A DNA stretch of 64,000 bases, taken from NCBI GenBank assembly GCA_036918135.1, contig JBALDB010000067.1:96001-160000 (forward strand), given 5' to 3'. Source of the stretch: Nostoc sp. GTDB lineage: Bacteria > Cyanobacteriota > Cyanobacteriia > Cyanobacteriales > Nostocaceae. The notes beneath the pieces were generated by a model that had not been told where the DNA came from, did no database searches, and saw nothing but the letters and a program-made list of their open reading frames with translations. Positions 17,592-27,703 of the stretch are shown piece by piece; the stretch's first letter is position 1, and each line of letters opens with the position of its first letter. The translations under genes and the position numbers were made by a program.

Positions 17592-20500
17592 ATGTCTGGG
17601 ATGACTCGATGCTGGCGATGTTGGTTGGTGTTAGGAAAATTGTTAGTCATGGGGGAAGCGATTATCGCTTTTTCTGAAAAATCTGCCTTAGCCCAGGAAC
17701 TCAAACTGATACCTGATAACACACTGGGTGCTGAAAGTTCTATAGTTATACCCAATGTCGATATCAATGGTATCAAAAGCGATCGCATTGATGGTGGTGC
17801 TATTCGCGGAGCTAACCTCTTTCACAGTTTTCAGGAATTTAATATTGATGAAGCACGAGGAGCTTATTTTACCAATCCTGCTGGCATTGAGAACATTTTT
17901 AGCCGAGTCACCGGAGGTAACGCTTCCAATATTTTGGGGAAGTTGGGTGTATTGGGCAATGCAAACTTGTTTTTGATTAATCCGTCGGGAATTATTTTTG
18001 GGCAAAATGGGAGTTTGGATGTTAGGGGTTCGTTTGTAGGGACGACGGCTAATGCTCTTGGCTTTGGCAATCAAGGTTTTTTCAATGTTGATAATCCGAA
18101 TACTCCTCCATTATTAACGGTTAATCCTTCGGCTTTTTTATTCAATCAAATCCCTCCTGCACCCATTCAAAACAACTCAATAGCACCAGCAGGAGTAGGC
18201 CCGTCGGGCGATGAATCCTTTGGTTTACGTGTTGGAGATGGTCGGAGTTTGCTGTTAGTCGGTGGTGATATCAATATCAATAGAGGGGAATTGAATGCCT
18301 TTGGTGGGCGAGTGGAGTTGGGAGGACTAGCAAGACAGGGAACGGTAGGGCTGAATTTCACTGACAACAACTTGAGTTTGAGTTTTCCCAACAATGTAGA
18401 GCAAGCAGATGTATCACTCACCGATTCTGCTGATGCCAATGTTCGCGCTAGTAACGGTGGCAGTATTACTATCACGGCTCGGAACATAAATATTACGGAT
18501 TTTGGCAGTCTTAATGGTGGTTTGGAGACAAATTTAGGATTTCCAGGCGCTCAAGCAGGAGACATCGAACTTCATGCTCAAGGAGTAATTACACTTGTAA
18601 ATGGGTTTATCAACAATACATTAGAGCGTGGAGCTGTGGGCAATGGTGGTGACATCAATATCACAGCTAACTCACTCTTTTTAACTGATGGCGCTCAACT
18701 AAATACTAGTATTTTGACCCAATATTTACTATCAGACCCTTTGACACAGGGTAATGCCGGAAGTGTGAATATATCTGCTCGTGATACAGTGACTTTTGAT
18801 GGAGAAATTAGCGGATTGAGATCCACCACTGGAGCATTCAGCAGTGTAGAAGATAGAGCCATAGGTAATGCTGGCGAAATTAATATCAAAACTGGATCGC
18901 TGTTAGTAAACAATGGAGCTGTGGTGGATGCCAGTAACTTTGGAAATGGGGGTACTGGGACTATAAATATAAATGCCCGCGATACCGTTTCCTTAGATGG
19001 AGAAAACAGCAGCGTGAAACTAGAAACTGATGATGGGAACAACAGCAATCTAGAACTGGCAACTGTAGGTAACAAAGGTGAGATTAACATTACAACTAGG
19101 TCACTCTCATTAACTAATGGCGCTCAAGTAGTTGCTAACACTTCTGGAAAAGGGGATACTGCCAACGTCACAGTTGTTGCCTCTGATTCAGTAGATGTAA
19201 TTGGGTTTCTTAGCAGTTTAGATACTCAAGTATTTCCAACAGCAGCGGGTAATGGAGGAAACATAAGTATTACCACTGGGCGTTTAACTGTTCGCAATGG
19301 AGCTTCTGTAAGTTCTAGTACTTTTGGTAAGGGGAATGCTGGAAATTTGGCGGTAACTGCTTCAGACTTGGTAGAGGTAAGCAAAAGAGCGCCTGTGAGT
19401 GATTCCACTGGTTCGTTTTATCCTGGCGGCTTATTTACTCAGGTTAACTCTGAAGGTGGGGGAAATGGGGGCAACTTAAGTATTAAAACCGCACGTTTGA
19501 TTATCAGCGATGGAGCAGTGGTTTCCGCTAGAAGCTTTGGTACTGCTGGTAAAGCGAATGCGGGGAATATTAAAGTGACTGCTTCTGATTTTGTGGAGAT
19601 AGTTGGTATTAATCGGCGCGACCCTAGTGCTTTAGCTGCTTCAGTTGGCCCAGTGTTGACGACAGACAAAGTAACAGGAGATGCAGGAGATATCAGCGTT
19701 GAAACCCCCCGCTTGATTATTCGTGATGGAGGAGTTCTATCTAGCCGAAATGTGGGAGAAGGCAGGGCAGGCAACTTGGAAGTTATGGCTGGCTCTATCC
19801 TGCTTGACAAGGGAGAAATTAGAACTGAAACTGCTTTAGGCAATGGCGGCAATATCACACTGTCCGATGTCGATTTGTTGCAGATGCGCCGTAATAGTAA
19901 AATCACTGCCAGTGCCGGAGGCAATGCACAAGCTGGTGGCAATGGTGGCAATATTACAATCAATGCCTTTGATGGCTTCGTTGTTGCCGTCCCTGATGAA
20001 AATAGCGACATCACCGCTAATGCTTACACAGGCTCTGGTGGCCAAGTCCAAATCAAGGCTACTAGTATTTTTGGCTTCACACCGCGTAGTCGAGAAGACC
20101 TAGTGAGACTTCTAGGAACCAACGATCCAGCCGAACTAAACCCTCAAAAACTTCTCACAAGTGACATCACAGCAATTTCGCAAATAAGTCCTAATTTAAG
20201 CGGTACTATAACTCTTAATACACCAGATGTAGACCCTAATCGGGGATTAGTTAATTTACCAGCCGTACCACTTGATACCCAAGTATCTCAAGTTTGTCAA
20301 CCCCGTACAGCACAAAATCAAAGCAGTTTCATCATCACCGGAAGCGGTGGTTTACCGCTCAACCCTAGAACTGAACCCCTCAGTAGTGACGCTGTTCAAG
20401 TAGATTGGGTAAGTCTCAAACCAATGGCTGAAAACCACGTTAATACAAATTCGACTCAGATAACTAGCCCAATACCAGCGCCGATTGTGGAAGCGCAAGG

Positions 20501-20606
20501 GTGGATGAGAAATGTTAACGGTGAGATGGTACTTACAGCTTATGTGCCTACAGCCACGCCTCAGAGTTTTTGGCACAAACCAGCTGATTGCCGTGCTGAT
20601 TTTTAG
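17592..20606 (+). CDS. Filamentous haemagglutinin-family (TpsA) beta-helix protein 1
   Basis: Signal peptide; TPS domain NLFHSFQEFN, NIFSRVTGG, LFLINPSGIIFG; GxGGxIxI beta-helix repeats; C-terminal SSFIITGSGGLP..PIVEAQGW. Confidence 0.92.
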   Translation: MSGMTRCWRCWLVLGKLLVMGEAIIAFSEKSALAQELKLIPDNTLGAESSIVIPNVDINGIKSDRIDGGAIRGANLFHSFQEFNIDEARGAYFTNPAGIENIFSRVTGGNASNILGKLGVLGNANLFLINPSGIIFGQNGSLDVRGSFVGTTANALGFGNQGFFNVDNPNTPPLLTVNPSAFLFNQIPPAPIQNNSIAPAGVGPSGDESFGLRVGDGRSLLLVGGDININRGELNAFGGRVELGGLARQGTVGLNFTDNNLSLSFPNNVEQADVSLTDSADANVRASNGGSITITARNINITDFGSLNGGLETNLGFPGAQAGDIELHAQGVITLVNGFINNTLERGAVGNGGDINITANSLFLTDGAQLNTSILTQYLLSDPLTQGNAGSVNISARDTVTFDGEISGLRSTTGAFSSVEDRAIGNAGEINIKTGSLLVNNGAVVDASNFGNGGTGTININARDTVSLDGENSSVKLETDDGNNSNLELATVGNKGEINITTRSLSLTNGAQVVANTSGKGDTANVTVVASDSVDVIGFLSSLDTQVFPTAAGNGGNISITTGRLTVRNGASVSSSTFGKGNAGNLAVTASDLVEVSKRAPVSDSTGSFYPGGLFTQVNSEGGGNGGNLSIKTARLIISDGAVVSARSFGTAGKANAGNIKVTASDFVEIVGINRRDPSALAASVGPVLTTDKVTGDAGDISVETPRLIIRDGGVLSSRNVGEGRAGNLEVMAGSILLDKGEIRTETALGNGGNITLSDVDLLQMRRNSKITASAGGNAQAGGNGGNITINAFDGFVVAVPDENSDITANAYTGSGGQVQIKATSIFGFTPRSREDLVRLLGTNDPAELNPQKLLTSDITAISQISPNLSGTITLNTPDVDPNRGLVNLPAVPLDTQVSQVCQPRTAQNQSSFIITGSGGLPLNPRTEPLSSDAVQVDWVSLKPMAENHVNTNSTQITSPIPAPIVEAQGWMRNVNGEMVLTAYVPTATPQSFWHKPADCRADF

Positions 20607-20615
20607 ATTTTAGAT

Positions 20616-20842
20616 TCGCTAACAAATGAGCTTGAAAGTCAGTTAAAGACGACAAAACTAGGGGAATTTATTGCTTATGCTGTTAATTATATTTGGCAGA
20701 ATACCGTAACTAATTTAGTTGATATGCGCCGCAATAATCCAGGCGATCGCGTATTAATTAATAATTGGACTAATTAGTTAACAGCTATTAGTTTGTCAGA
20801 ATTTACCTCTACGCCTGTGGACGTTATGACTGGGAAAAATAA
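20616..20842 (+). pseudogene. Degenerate copy of the DUF928 gene 3' end
   Basis: Translates SLTNELESQLKTTKLGEFIAYAVNYIWQNTVTNLVDMRRNNPGDRVLINNWTN*LTAISLSEFTSTPV, collinear with ALTSDLENQLKTTKPKEYTAYAVNYIWQDALTNLADMHRNNPGDRTLSDDWTNLLTAVGLSEFASAPV (17298-17500). No start codon; TAG at 20775. Confidence 0.9.
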
Positions 20843-20911
20843 TCGCTTTGGCTGTTGTTAGACAATACATAAATAGAGGCTGAAAATTACTACTTTTTTG
20901 AGGAGTATGCT

Positions 20912-23900
20912 ATGTCTGCGAGCGTTCAATATTGGTGGAGATTAGCGTTAGGAAGTAGTTTAATAGTAGGAGGAGCGATTATTGCTTCCTCTGGAAATTG
21001 CGCCAAAGCTCAGAGTATTACTTTGGATGGTACGCTTGGGCCTGCACAAACATTGACTGGGCCTGATTACGTTATCCCACAAGCAGTTGGTCAAACCGTT
21101 AGTAATAATCTCTTTCATAGCTTTGGGCAGTTCAATCTCAACACGAACGAGTCTGTAACTTTTGAGAATGCTGCCAATATCCGAAATATTCTATCTCGCG
21201 TCACGGGTGGTACGCCTTCTGCGATCGACGGGCTAATTCGCACCTCCAATAATGGTGTGAATCTTTTTTTAATTAATCCTCAAGGCATCATTTTTGGCCC
21301 TAATGCCCAACTAAATATTGGTAATGCAACTAGAGGTTCCTTTATCGCCACTACTGTTGATGGAATAGTGTTTCCTAATGGTGAAAAATTTAGTGCCATA
21401 AATCCAGAGGGTGAGTCTAGTTTACTAAGAATTGTTGGCGATCCTAGTGGCTTTCTAGCTTCACAGCGCTTACCAGCACAAATTAATAGTATTGGTAACA
21501 TTTTGCAAGTCAACGAAGGTCAAACTTTAACTTTGCTAGGTGGAAAGGTAAACGTAGATAGCAGTCAACTATTCGCTCCGGGTGGTCGAGTAGAGTTAGG
21601 AGGAGTAGCAGGGGGAAACGTAGGGCTTGTAGCAAGTGGTAATGAATTACGTTTAGAGTTTCCTGATGGTTTAGCTCGAAATGATGTATCAGTTGCCAAC
21701 TCCTTGGTTTCAGTTGAAGCGCAAGATAAGGGTAGTATCGCCATTAATGCCCAGAACTTGGATATTTCCGAAGGAAGTCTCCTAGTTGCTGGGATTGGCA
21801 AAGGTTTAGGTACAGTTAGCTCTCAGGCGGGAGATATCACGCTGAATGCTACACAGACAGTTAAAGTCAGGCAGGCTAGTAATATTGCAAACTATGTATT
21901 CTCTAATGCAACTGGTAATAGTGGAAACCTGATCGTTACAACTGGATCGTTGTTTATCGCAGATGGTAGCCAATTAGGTGCAATTACCTTTGGACAAGGT
22001 AATGCTGGCAGTGTCAATATTACAACTGGGTCATTGTTTGTTACAGATGGCAGCCAATTGGGTGCGATTACCTTTGGTGAAGGCAATGCTGGCAGCGTGA
22101 TTATCAATGCCCGCGATCGCGTTTCCTTTGATGGCGGGACTAACAATGGTTTTTCTAGTGCTGCTATTAGCAGTGTAGAGGAAACAGCTAAGGGAAGAGG
22201 TGGAGACATCCGCATCACCACTGGAGAACTTGCACTTACCAATGGCGCGCAATTGGTTGCTAATACTTTGGGACAGGGAGATGCTGGCAGCGTGATTATC
22301 AATGCCCGCGATCGCGTCTTTTTAGCCGGCAATATCGGCAGCAATGTAGAGAAGACAGGTAAGGGAAAAGGCGGAGACATCCGCATCACCACCAACTCGC
22401 TCTCAGTTACCAATGGCGCACAATTGGTTGCTGATACTAGCGGACTAGGCGATGCTGGTAGTGTGATCGTTAATGCCAACGATCGCGTTTCCTTTGACGG
22501 CAGAAATAGCGATAATAATATATCCAGCGCTGCATTCACCAGTGTGGCAGAAACCGGTATAGGAAAGGGTGGAGATATCCGTATCACTACCAAAGAACTC
22601 TCACTTACAAATGGCGCACAATTAGTAGCCAGCACTTTGGGAAATGGAAATGCTGGTAGTATCTCGATCGATGCCCGCGATCGCATCTTCATTGATGGTA
22701 CGAGTAAAGGTGCCCTAGTTCCTACTGCTGTCGGTAGCAGTGTAGAGAAGACAGGTAAGGGAAAGGGTGGAGACATCGGTATTACCACCAACTCGCTCTC
22801 ACTTACCAATGGCGCACTACTAATTGCCTCTACCTCTGGGCAGGGAGATGCTGGTAATATCACCATTGATGCCCGCGATCGCGTTGCCTTAGATGGTACA
22901 AGTAGCAAGGGTCAATTTGGCAGTGATGTTGTTACCAGCGTGGAAAATGGCAGAGGAAATGGCGGGAACATTAGTATCACCACTGACTTGCTTTCAGTTA
23001 CCAATGGCGCACAATTAGTTGCCTCTACCTCTGGCCAAGGCGATGCTGGTAATATCATCATTAATGCCCGCGATCGTGCCTGGTTTGATGGAACAGGTAG
23101 CAATAATATCTTCGTCAGTGCAGCTTTTAGTAGCGTACTAGATAATGCTAGAGGAAATGGTGGAGGCATCGACATTACCACAGGTTCACTTTTAGTTACT
23201 AATGGCGCTCAACTAATCGCTAATACCCGTGGTCAGGGGAATGCTGGTGAAATCATCATCAATGCCCGCGATCGCGTTTCCTTCGATGGCGAAAGCCGTG
23301 ACGGTATACTTACCAGTGCCGCTTTTAGTAACGTGCTAGAGAACGCTAAAGGAAAGGGTGGCAACATCAGCATCACTACAGGAGAACTCTCAGTTAACAA
23401 TGGCGCTCAACTAATCGCTAGCACTCGCGGACAAGGGGATGCTGGTAATATCATCATTGATGCCCGCGATCGTGTTGTTTTTAACGGCAGAAGTAGCGAT
23501 GGCGAGTTTGGCAGTAATGCCTTCAGCCGTGTGGAAGAAACTGGCATAGGAAAGGGTGGAGACATCCGTATTACCACAGGGGAATTCTCAGTTAGCAACG
23601 GCGCTCAATTAATTGCCTCTACCTATGGTCAAGGGGATGCTGGCAATATTTATATTGATGCCCCAAATACTGCTTTTTTGCAAGGGACAGGAAATGGATT
23701 TTCTAGTTCGATTAGTACCAACACTTGGAGCGAACAAGGAGAAGGAGGCAATATTACAATTGATACAAATGACTTTCGCATAGCTGATGGAGCGCTTCTA
23801 GATGCTCGTACCAGAAGTTCTAGACGAGCGGGTAGCATAACCATTAATACCAATGCGTTTGAAGCAACTAATGGCGGACAATTAATCACCTCCACCGAAA

Positions 23901-24988
23901 GCAGTGGACAAGCAGGCGATATTACTCTCAATGTAACTGGTAACACTAATATTTTTGGCAGTGACCCTACTTATACTAATAGACTTGCTCAATTTAGCGA
24001 TCGCGTTGAGAATGTAAGTGCTGTCAGTGGAGTATTTGCTAACACCAATTCACAAACAGAAGGCAAGGGCGGTGATATATCTATCAACGCCAGAACATTG
24101 AATATTCAAGACAGTGGAAGAATCGCCGTCAATAGCCAGGGAACTGGAGAGGGAGGCAATATTGATATTAAGGCAAACAATCTAACCCTTAAGAATCAGG
24201 CGATAATTTCGGCAGAAACTCTTAGTAGTCAGGGCGGTAATATTGACATCGGCTTAAAAGATACCCTACTACTGCGTCAAGGTAGTCAAATTTCTACCAA
24301 TGCAGGCATAGCACAGCAAGGTGGAGACGGTGGTAACATTACTATCAATGTCCCTGATGGCTTTATTGTTGCCGTCCCAAGGGAAAATAGCGACATCACC
24401 GCTAATGCCTTTAGTGGTAGTGGTGGGAGAGTCACAATTAACGCTACTGGTATTTTTGGAATCGCGCCACTCAGTCGGCAAGAACTTGAAAGATTGCGTC
24501 CAAATGATTTAGATCCACATCAATTAATAACGAACGATATTACGGCAATTTCTCAGACAAGTCCTAATTTAAGCGGTACTGTAACTCTCAATACCCCCGA
24601 TATCAACCTTAATCGCGGCTTAGTCAACTTACCATCTGTACCACTAAACACCGAAGTATCTCAAGTTTGTCAAGTGCGTTCGGCAAAAAATCAAAGCAGT
24701 TTTATCATCACCGGAAGCGGTGGCTTACCTCCTAACCCTAGAACCGAACCCTTGAGCAGTGACGCTGTTCAAGTAGATTGGGTAAGTCTCAAACCAATGG
24801 ATGAAAAACTCGTTAATACTTCGACTCAGATAACTAGCCCGATACCAGCACCGATTGTGGAAGCGCAAGGGTGGGTAAGAAATGTTAAAGGTGAGGTGGT
24901 ACTCACAGCTTATGCACCCACCGCTACACCTCGTAATTCTTGGCAGATTCCAACCCAGTGCAGTACAGCTCAATCGATAATTAAATAA
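20912..24988 (+). CDS. Filamentous haemagglutinin-family (TpsA) beta-helix protein 2
   Basis: Signal peptide; NLFHSFGQFN, NILSRVTGG, LFLINPQGIIFG; eight ~65-aa repeats containing ARDR/ANDR; C-terminus nearly identical to protein 1. Confidence 0.92.
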   Translation: MSASVQYWWRLALGSSLIVGGAIIASSGNCAKAQSITLDGTLGPAQTLTGPDYVIPQAVGQTVSNNLFHSFGQFNLNTNESVTFENAANIRNILSRVTGGTPSAIDGLIRTSNNGVNLFLINPQGIIFGPNAQLNIGNATRGSFIATTVDGIVFPNGEKFSAINPEGESSLLRIVGDPSGFLASQRLPAQINSIGNILQVNEGQTLTLLGGKVNVDSSQLFAPGGRVELGGVAGGNVGLVASGNELRLEFPDGLARNDVSVANSLVSVEAQDKGSIAINAQNLDISEGSLLVAGIGKGLGTVSSQAGDITLNATQTVKVRQASNIANYVFSNATGNSGNLIVTTGSLFIADGSQLGAITFGQGNAGSVNITTGSLFVTDGSQLGAITFGEGNAGSVIINARDRVSFDGGTNNGFSSAAISSVEETAKGRGGDIRITTGELALTNGAQLVANTLGQGDAGSVIINARDRVFLAGNIGSNVEKTGKGKGGDIRITTNSLSVTNGAQLVADTSGLGDAGSVIVNANDRVSFDGRNSDNNISSAAFTSVAETGIGKGGDIRITTKELSLTNGAQLVASTLGNGNAGSISIDARDRIFIDGTSKGALVPTAVGSSVEKTGKGKGGDIGITTNSLSLTNGALLIASTSGQGDAGNITIDARDRVALDGTSSKGQFGSDVVTSVENGRGNGGNISITTDLLSVTNGAQLVASTSGQGDAGNIIINARDRAWFDGTGSNNIFVSAAFSSVLDNARGNGGGIDITTGSLLVTNGAQLIANTRGQGNAGEIIINARDRVSFDGESRDGILTSAAFSNVLENAKGKGGNISITTGELSVNNGAQLIASTRGQGDAGNIIIDARDRVVFNGRSSDGEFGSNAFSRVEETGIGKGGDIRITTGEFSVSNGAQLIASTYGQGDAGNIYIDAPNTAFLQGTGNGFSSSISTNTWSEQGEGGNITIDTNDFRIADGALLDARTRSSRRAGSITINTNAFEATNGGQLITSTESSGQAGDITLNVTGNTNIFGSDPTYTNRLAQFSDRVENVSAVSGVFANTNSQTEGKGGDISINARTLNIQDSGRIAVNSQGTGEGGNIDIKANNLTLKNQAIISAETLSSQGGNIDIGLKDTLLLRQGSQISTNAGIAQQGGDGGNITINVPDGFIVAVPRENSDITANAFSGSGGRVTINATGIFGIAPLSRQELERLRPNDLDPHQLITNDITAISQTSPNLSGTVTLNTPDINLNRGLVNLPSVPLNTEVSQVCQVRSAKNQSSFIITGSGGLPPNPRTEPLSSDAVQVDWVSLKPMDEKLVNTSTQITSPIPAPIVEAQGWVRNVKGEVVLTAYAPTATPRNSWQIPTQCSTAQSIIK

Positions 24989-24991
24989 CTG

Positions 24992-27703
24992 TCATAGCCA
25001 GTTCCCTAGTAAAACATAAGGTGCCCATGAATACGGACTGTTGTCTTTAGTAAAAACAGCTAATTGGGCGCGCTGGAGGGCTTCGGCTTTATTCACTCCC
25101 ATCTTTAACTGTCGGTAGAACTCACTCATCACATCGGCAGTAGAGCGATCGTCTATTGACCACAATGTTGCTAATGTACTACGCGCTCCTGCCCGCACAG
25201 CTATGCCAGCCAGTCCTAAAGCTGCTCGTTTGTCTCCTTCAGCAGTTTTACAGGCACTAAGTACGAGTAATTCAATGCTGCTAGACCTATTTTTGTTATT
25301 AACTCGCAATAAATTATCAAATTCTTTGACTTTAACTAGTCGATCCCAGGTGAGAATAAAAGTTTTTTCCGGATCGGAACTAAATTCACCGTGAGTTGCT
25401 AGATGAACCACGGTAAAGGGAGTTGTTTGTAACTCATTTTGTAGATTCGGTTCGGTAAATTTTTGATTTAACAGTTCTTCACTTTTGGATATCTCAGACT
25501 GAATTTCTTTTAATTCGCGCGGTACGTTTTTGAGTGCGGGAAATTCTCTACCTTCGACTGGGCGTTTTTCGCTGACTCCAGCAGTTAGAGCTTTTAACTG
25601 TACTTTTTGTAAAGGTTTAGGATCGAGGAGTTGCAAACCAGGAGTTAAGGCGATCGCATATTTTTCTAATAGATATTTCTGCTGCTGTTTGTCGTAGAGA
25701 ACCGCCATCGGGATATTCCGTAAATCTCCATCTAAAACAAACACTAAGGTTTTGATTCTACTTTTGACTAACTCTGTTTGTACAGGTCGAATTAACCAGT
25801 CATATATCTGTTGCGACTGCTGCTGAACTTGATAAGTTCCACTGACATCTAGTAAGTTTTTCCTCAGTTCCGCTATTATGTTTTCCACATCATTTTGAGC
25901 TATTACAGTCTTGTAATGGCGCAAGTCTTGATTAGGCAACTTGAGGATCGCATCTATGCGGTCTGGCAAAATAATTGGATATATAACTGCTGCTTGTTGG
26001 TCTTTTTTGTCAACTATTGGATCGAGTTCCTGCGTAAGATTTAAGCAGGCTGACCGAAAGAAGTTGTCCAGTTCTGCTAATCGCAGAGATTCAATTACAT
26101 TACGAGCTTGTTTTAGGTTGTCTTGATTGATACTCTTGCTGCCTTTATCAGGACGCAACAGCAATTCAACTAACTCTCGATACACTGGTTCAACATTTTC
26201 CCGGAAGGAAAACTGAACGTCTAGATTAATGGCTACTAAATCGCCACGCAGAGATTGAAGGGTATTGTAAGCGACATTATAGGATGCGATCGCCCCTTGA
26301 ATATCTCCCTTTTTTTTGAGTATGCGTCCTAGTTGCCATTGCCACTGATAAGCAATGTCTAAGGCATTTACATTTTGGGCAATAAATAAAGCTTTCTCAG
26401 TTAAGCCCTGAGCATCAGAGAGCTGCCCAGTTTTTTCATACAACTCGCCAAGACTACCTTGAGCATAAGATTCTGCTCGCTGGTCTTGTAAGCTTTGTGC
26501 CTGCTCGATGGCGGTGGACAATTGCTCGGCAATGTTTAGCCATGAGGGGGAATCTATACTAGTTTTTTCTTTTAACTGTGTAAGACTTTTGGCAAACTTA
26601 ATCCGAATATATACTGAAGTTCGGCTGGCCGATAAGTTGCTAATTTCCGGCTGGATTTGGGACGACAATGCCAATGCATCTTTATCTTCGTTTTTTTCCA
26701 GAAGTAGACTAAGTAAATTGAGTTGAGCGAGTATGCGTGTGATGGGAGAAACAGATACAGCAGCCTGCTGGTAATATTGTAAAGCCGCTTCAGTGTCTTG
26801 CTGGGCGCGAGCTGTGTTGCCTAAACTAAGTTGAGCTTCAGCGATGGCTTTTGGAGATTGCACTCGCTTTGCCACTGCTAAACTTTTCCCCAACACCAAC
26901 CGTGATACGTTTAAATCACCGACTACTCGGCGGACGTTACCAAGACTACGCAACCCTGTGGCTACGATAAGTGAGTCTGGAAGGCTTGCAAGGGTTTGCT
27001 GTACCTCGTTTAAAATTTTATTAGCTTGAAGGTAAAGCCCTAAAGCTTGCAAAGCTTGTGCAGAGTTAATCCGGTTACGAGTTAATGTAGTCTTGTCGCC
27101 TATTTGCTGATAAATATTAGCGGCTTTTTGCCAGGTAGTTAAAGCTGTTTGTGCTTGTCCTTGTGATAGTTGTAACTGTCCTTGCACATCTAGGGCTTGT
27201 GCGATAATTTGCAAACACTGGCTGGAAGTACCTGTATTTTCTGACTGTAATAATTTTAAACTTTGGGCGATCGCCTCCTCAGCTTCAGCCCACAAGCCAA
27301 GTTGCTGATAAGCTAAACAAAGATTACTCAGGGTCATTGCTTCGTTTAATTCATCCCTAGAGGCTCTAAACGCAGCAGCAGCCTGTTGTAGAACTTTGGC
27401 AGCTTCAGCAAACTCTCCCGTGTCGTAGAATATTTTTCCCTGTTCCACCAAGCTTGTTGTCTGAGATGCTTGGCTTTCAAGGGACAATAGCGAGTATTGA
27501 GTAGGGAAGCTCACACCGTACGAGGATAGATTAGCATTCACTAGTTCTTTGTTTTCTCTATTTCCTTGTTTTTCCCACTTTCCTGCCTCCGTCGAATTTT
27601 GCATAGCAGAATAGACAACAGGAGGTTTTGCCATAACAGGAAATAAGGCTATGCATAGAAAGGCAGTCAAAAGCGTTAGCAGAAAATAATTTAGCCATTT
27701 CAT
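24992..27703 (-). CDS. Exported TPR-CHAT (caspase-like) protease
   Basis: Signal-like N-terminus MKWLNYFLLTLLTAFLCIALFPVMA; TPR helices; catalytic VVHLATHGEF (His) and LLVLSACKTA (Cys); ATLWSIDD, WAPYVLLGNWL. Confidence 0.92.
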   Translation of the reverse strand: MKWLNYFLLTLLTAFLCIALFPVMAKPPVVYSAMQNSTEAGKWEKQGNRENKELVNANLSSYGVSFPTQYSLLSLESQASQTTSLVEQGKIFYDTGEFAEAAKVLQQAAAAFRASRDELNEAMTLSNLCLAYQQLGLWAEAEEAIAQSLKLLQSENTGTSSQCLQIIAQALDVQGQLQLSQGQAQTALTTWQKAANIYQQIGDKTTLTRNRINSAQALQALGLYLQANKILNEVQQTLASLPDSLIVATGLRSLGNVRRVVGDLNVSRLVLGKSLAVAKRVQSPKAIAEAQLSLGNTARAQQDTEAALQYYQQAAVSVSPITRILAQLNLLSLLLEKNEDKDALALSSQIQPEISNLSASRTSVYIRIKFAKSLTQLKEKTSIDSPSWLNIAEQLSTAIEQAQSLQDQRAESYAQGSLGELYEKTGQLSDAQGLTEKALFIAQNVNALDIAYQWQWQLGRILKKKGDIQGAIASYNVAYNTLQSLRGDLVAINLDVQFSFRENVEPVYRELVELLLRPDKGSKSINQDNLKQARNVIESLRLAELDNFFRSACLNLTQELDPIVDKKDQQAAVIYPIILPDRIDAILKLPNQDLRHYKTVIAQNDVENIIAELRKNLLDVSGTYQVQQQSQQIYDWLIRPVQTELVKSRIKTLVFVLDGDLRNIPMAVLYDKQQQKYLLEKYAIALTPGLQLLDPKPLQKVQLKALTAGVSEKRPVEGREFPALKNVPRELKEIQSEISKSEELLNQKFTEPNLQNELQTTPFTVVHLATHGEFSSDPEKTFILTWDRLVKVKEFDNLLRVNNKNRSSSIELLVLSACKTAEGDKRAALGLAGIAVRAGARSTLATLWSIDDRSTADVMSEFYRQLKMGVNKAEALQRAQLAVFTKDNSPYSWAPYVLLGNWL

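Noticed and set aside
17579..24973. Many antisense ORFs inside the haemagglutinin genes (e.g. 21892-22908, 338 aa)
   Set aside because: Shadow frames caused by repetitive Gly/Asn/Ile codons on the coding strand.
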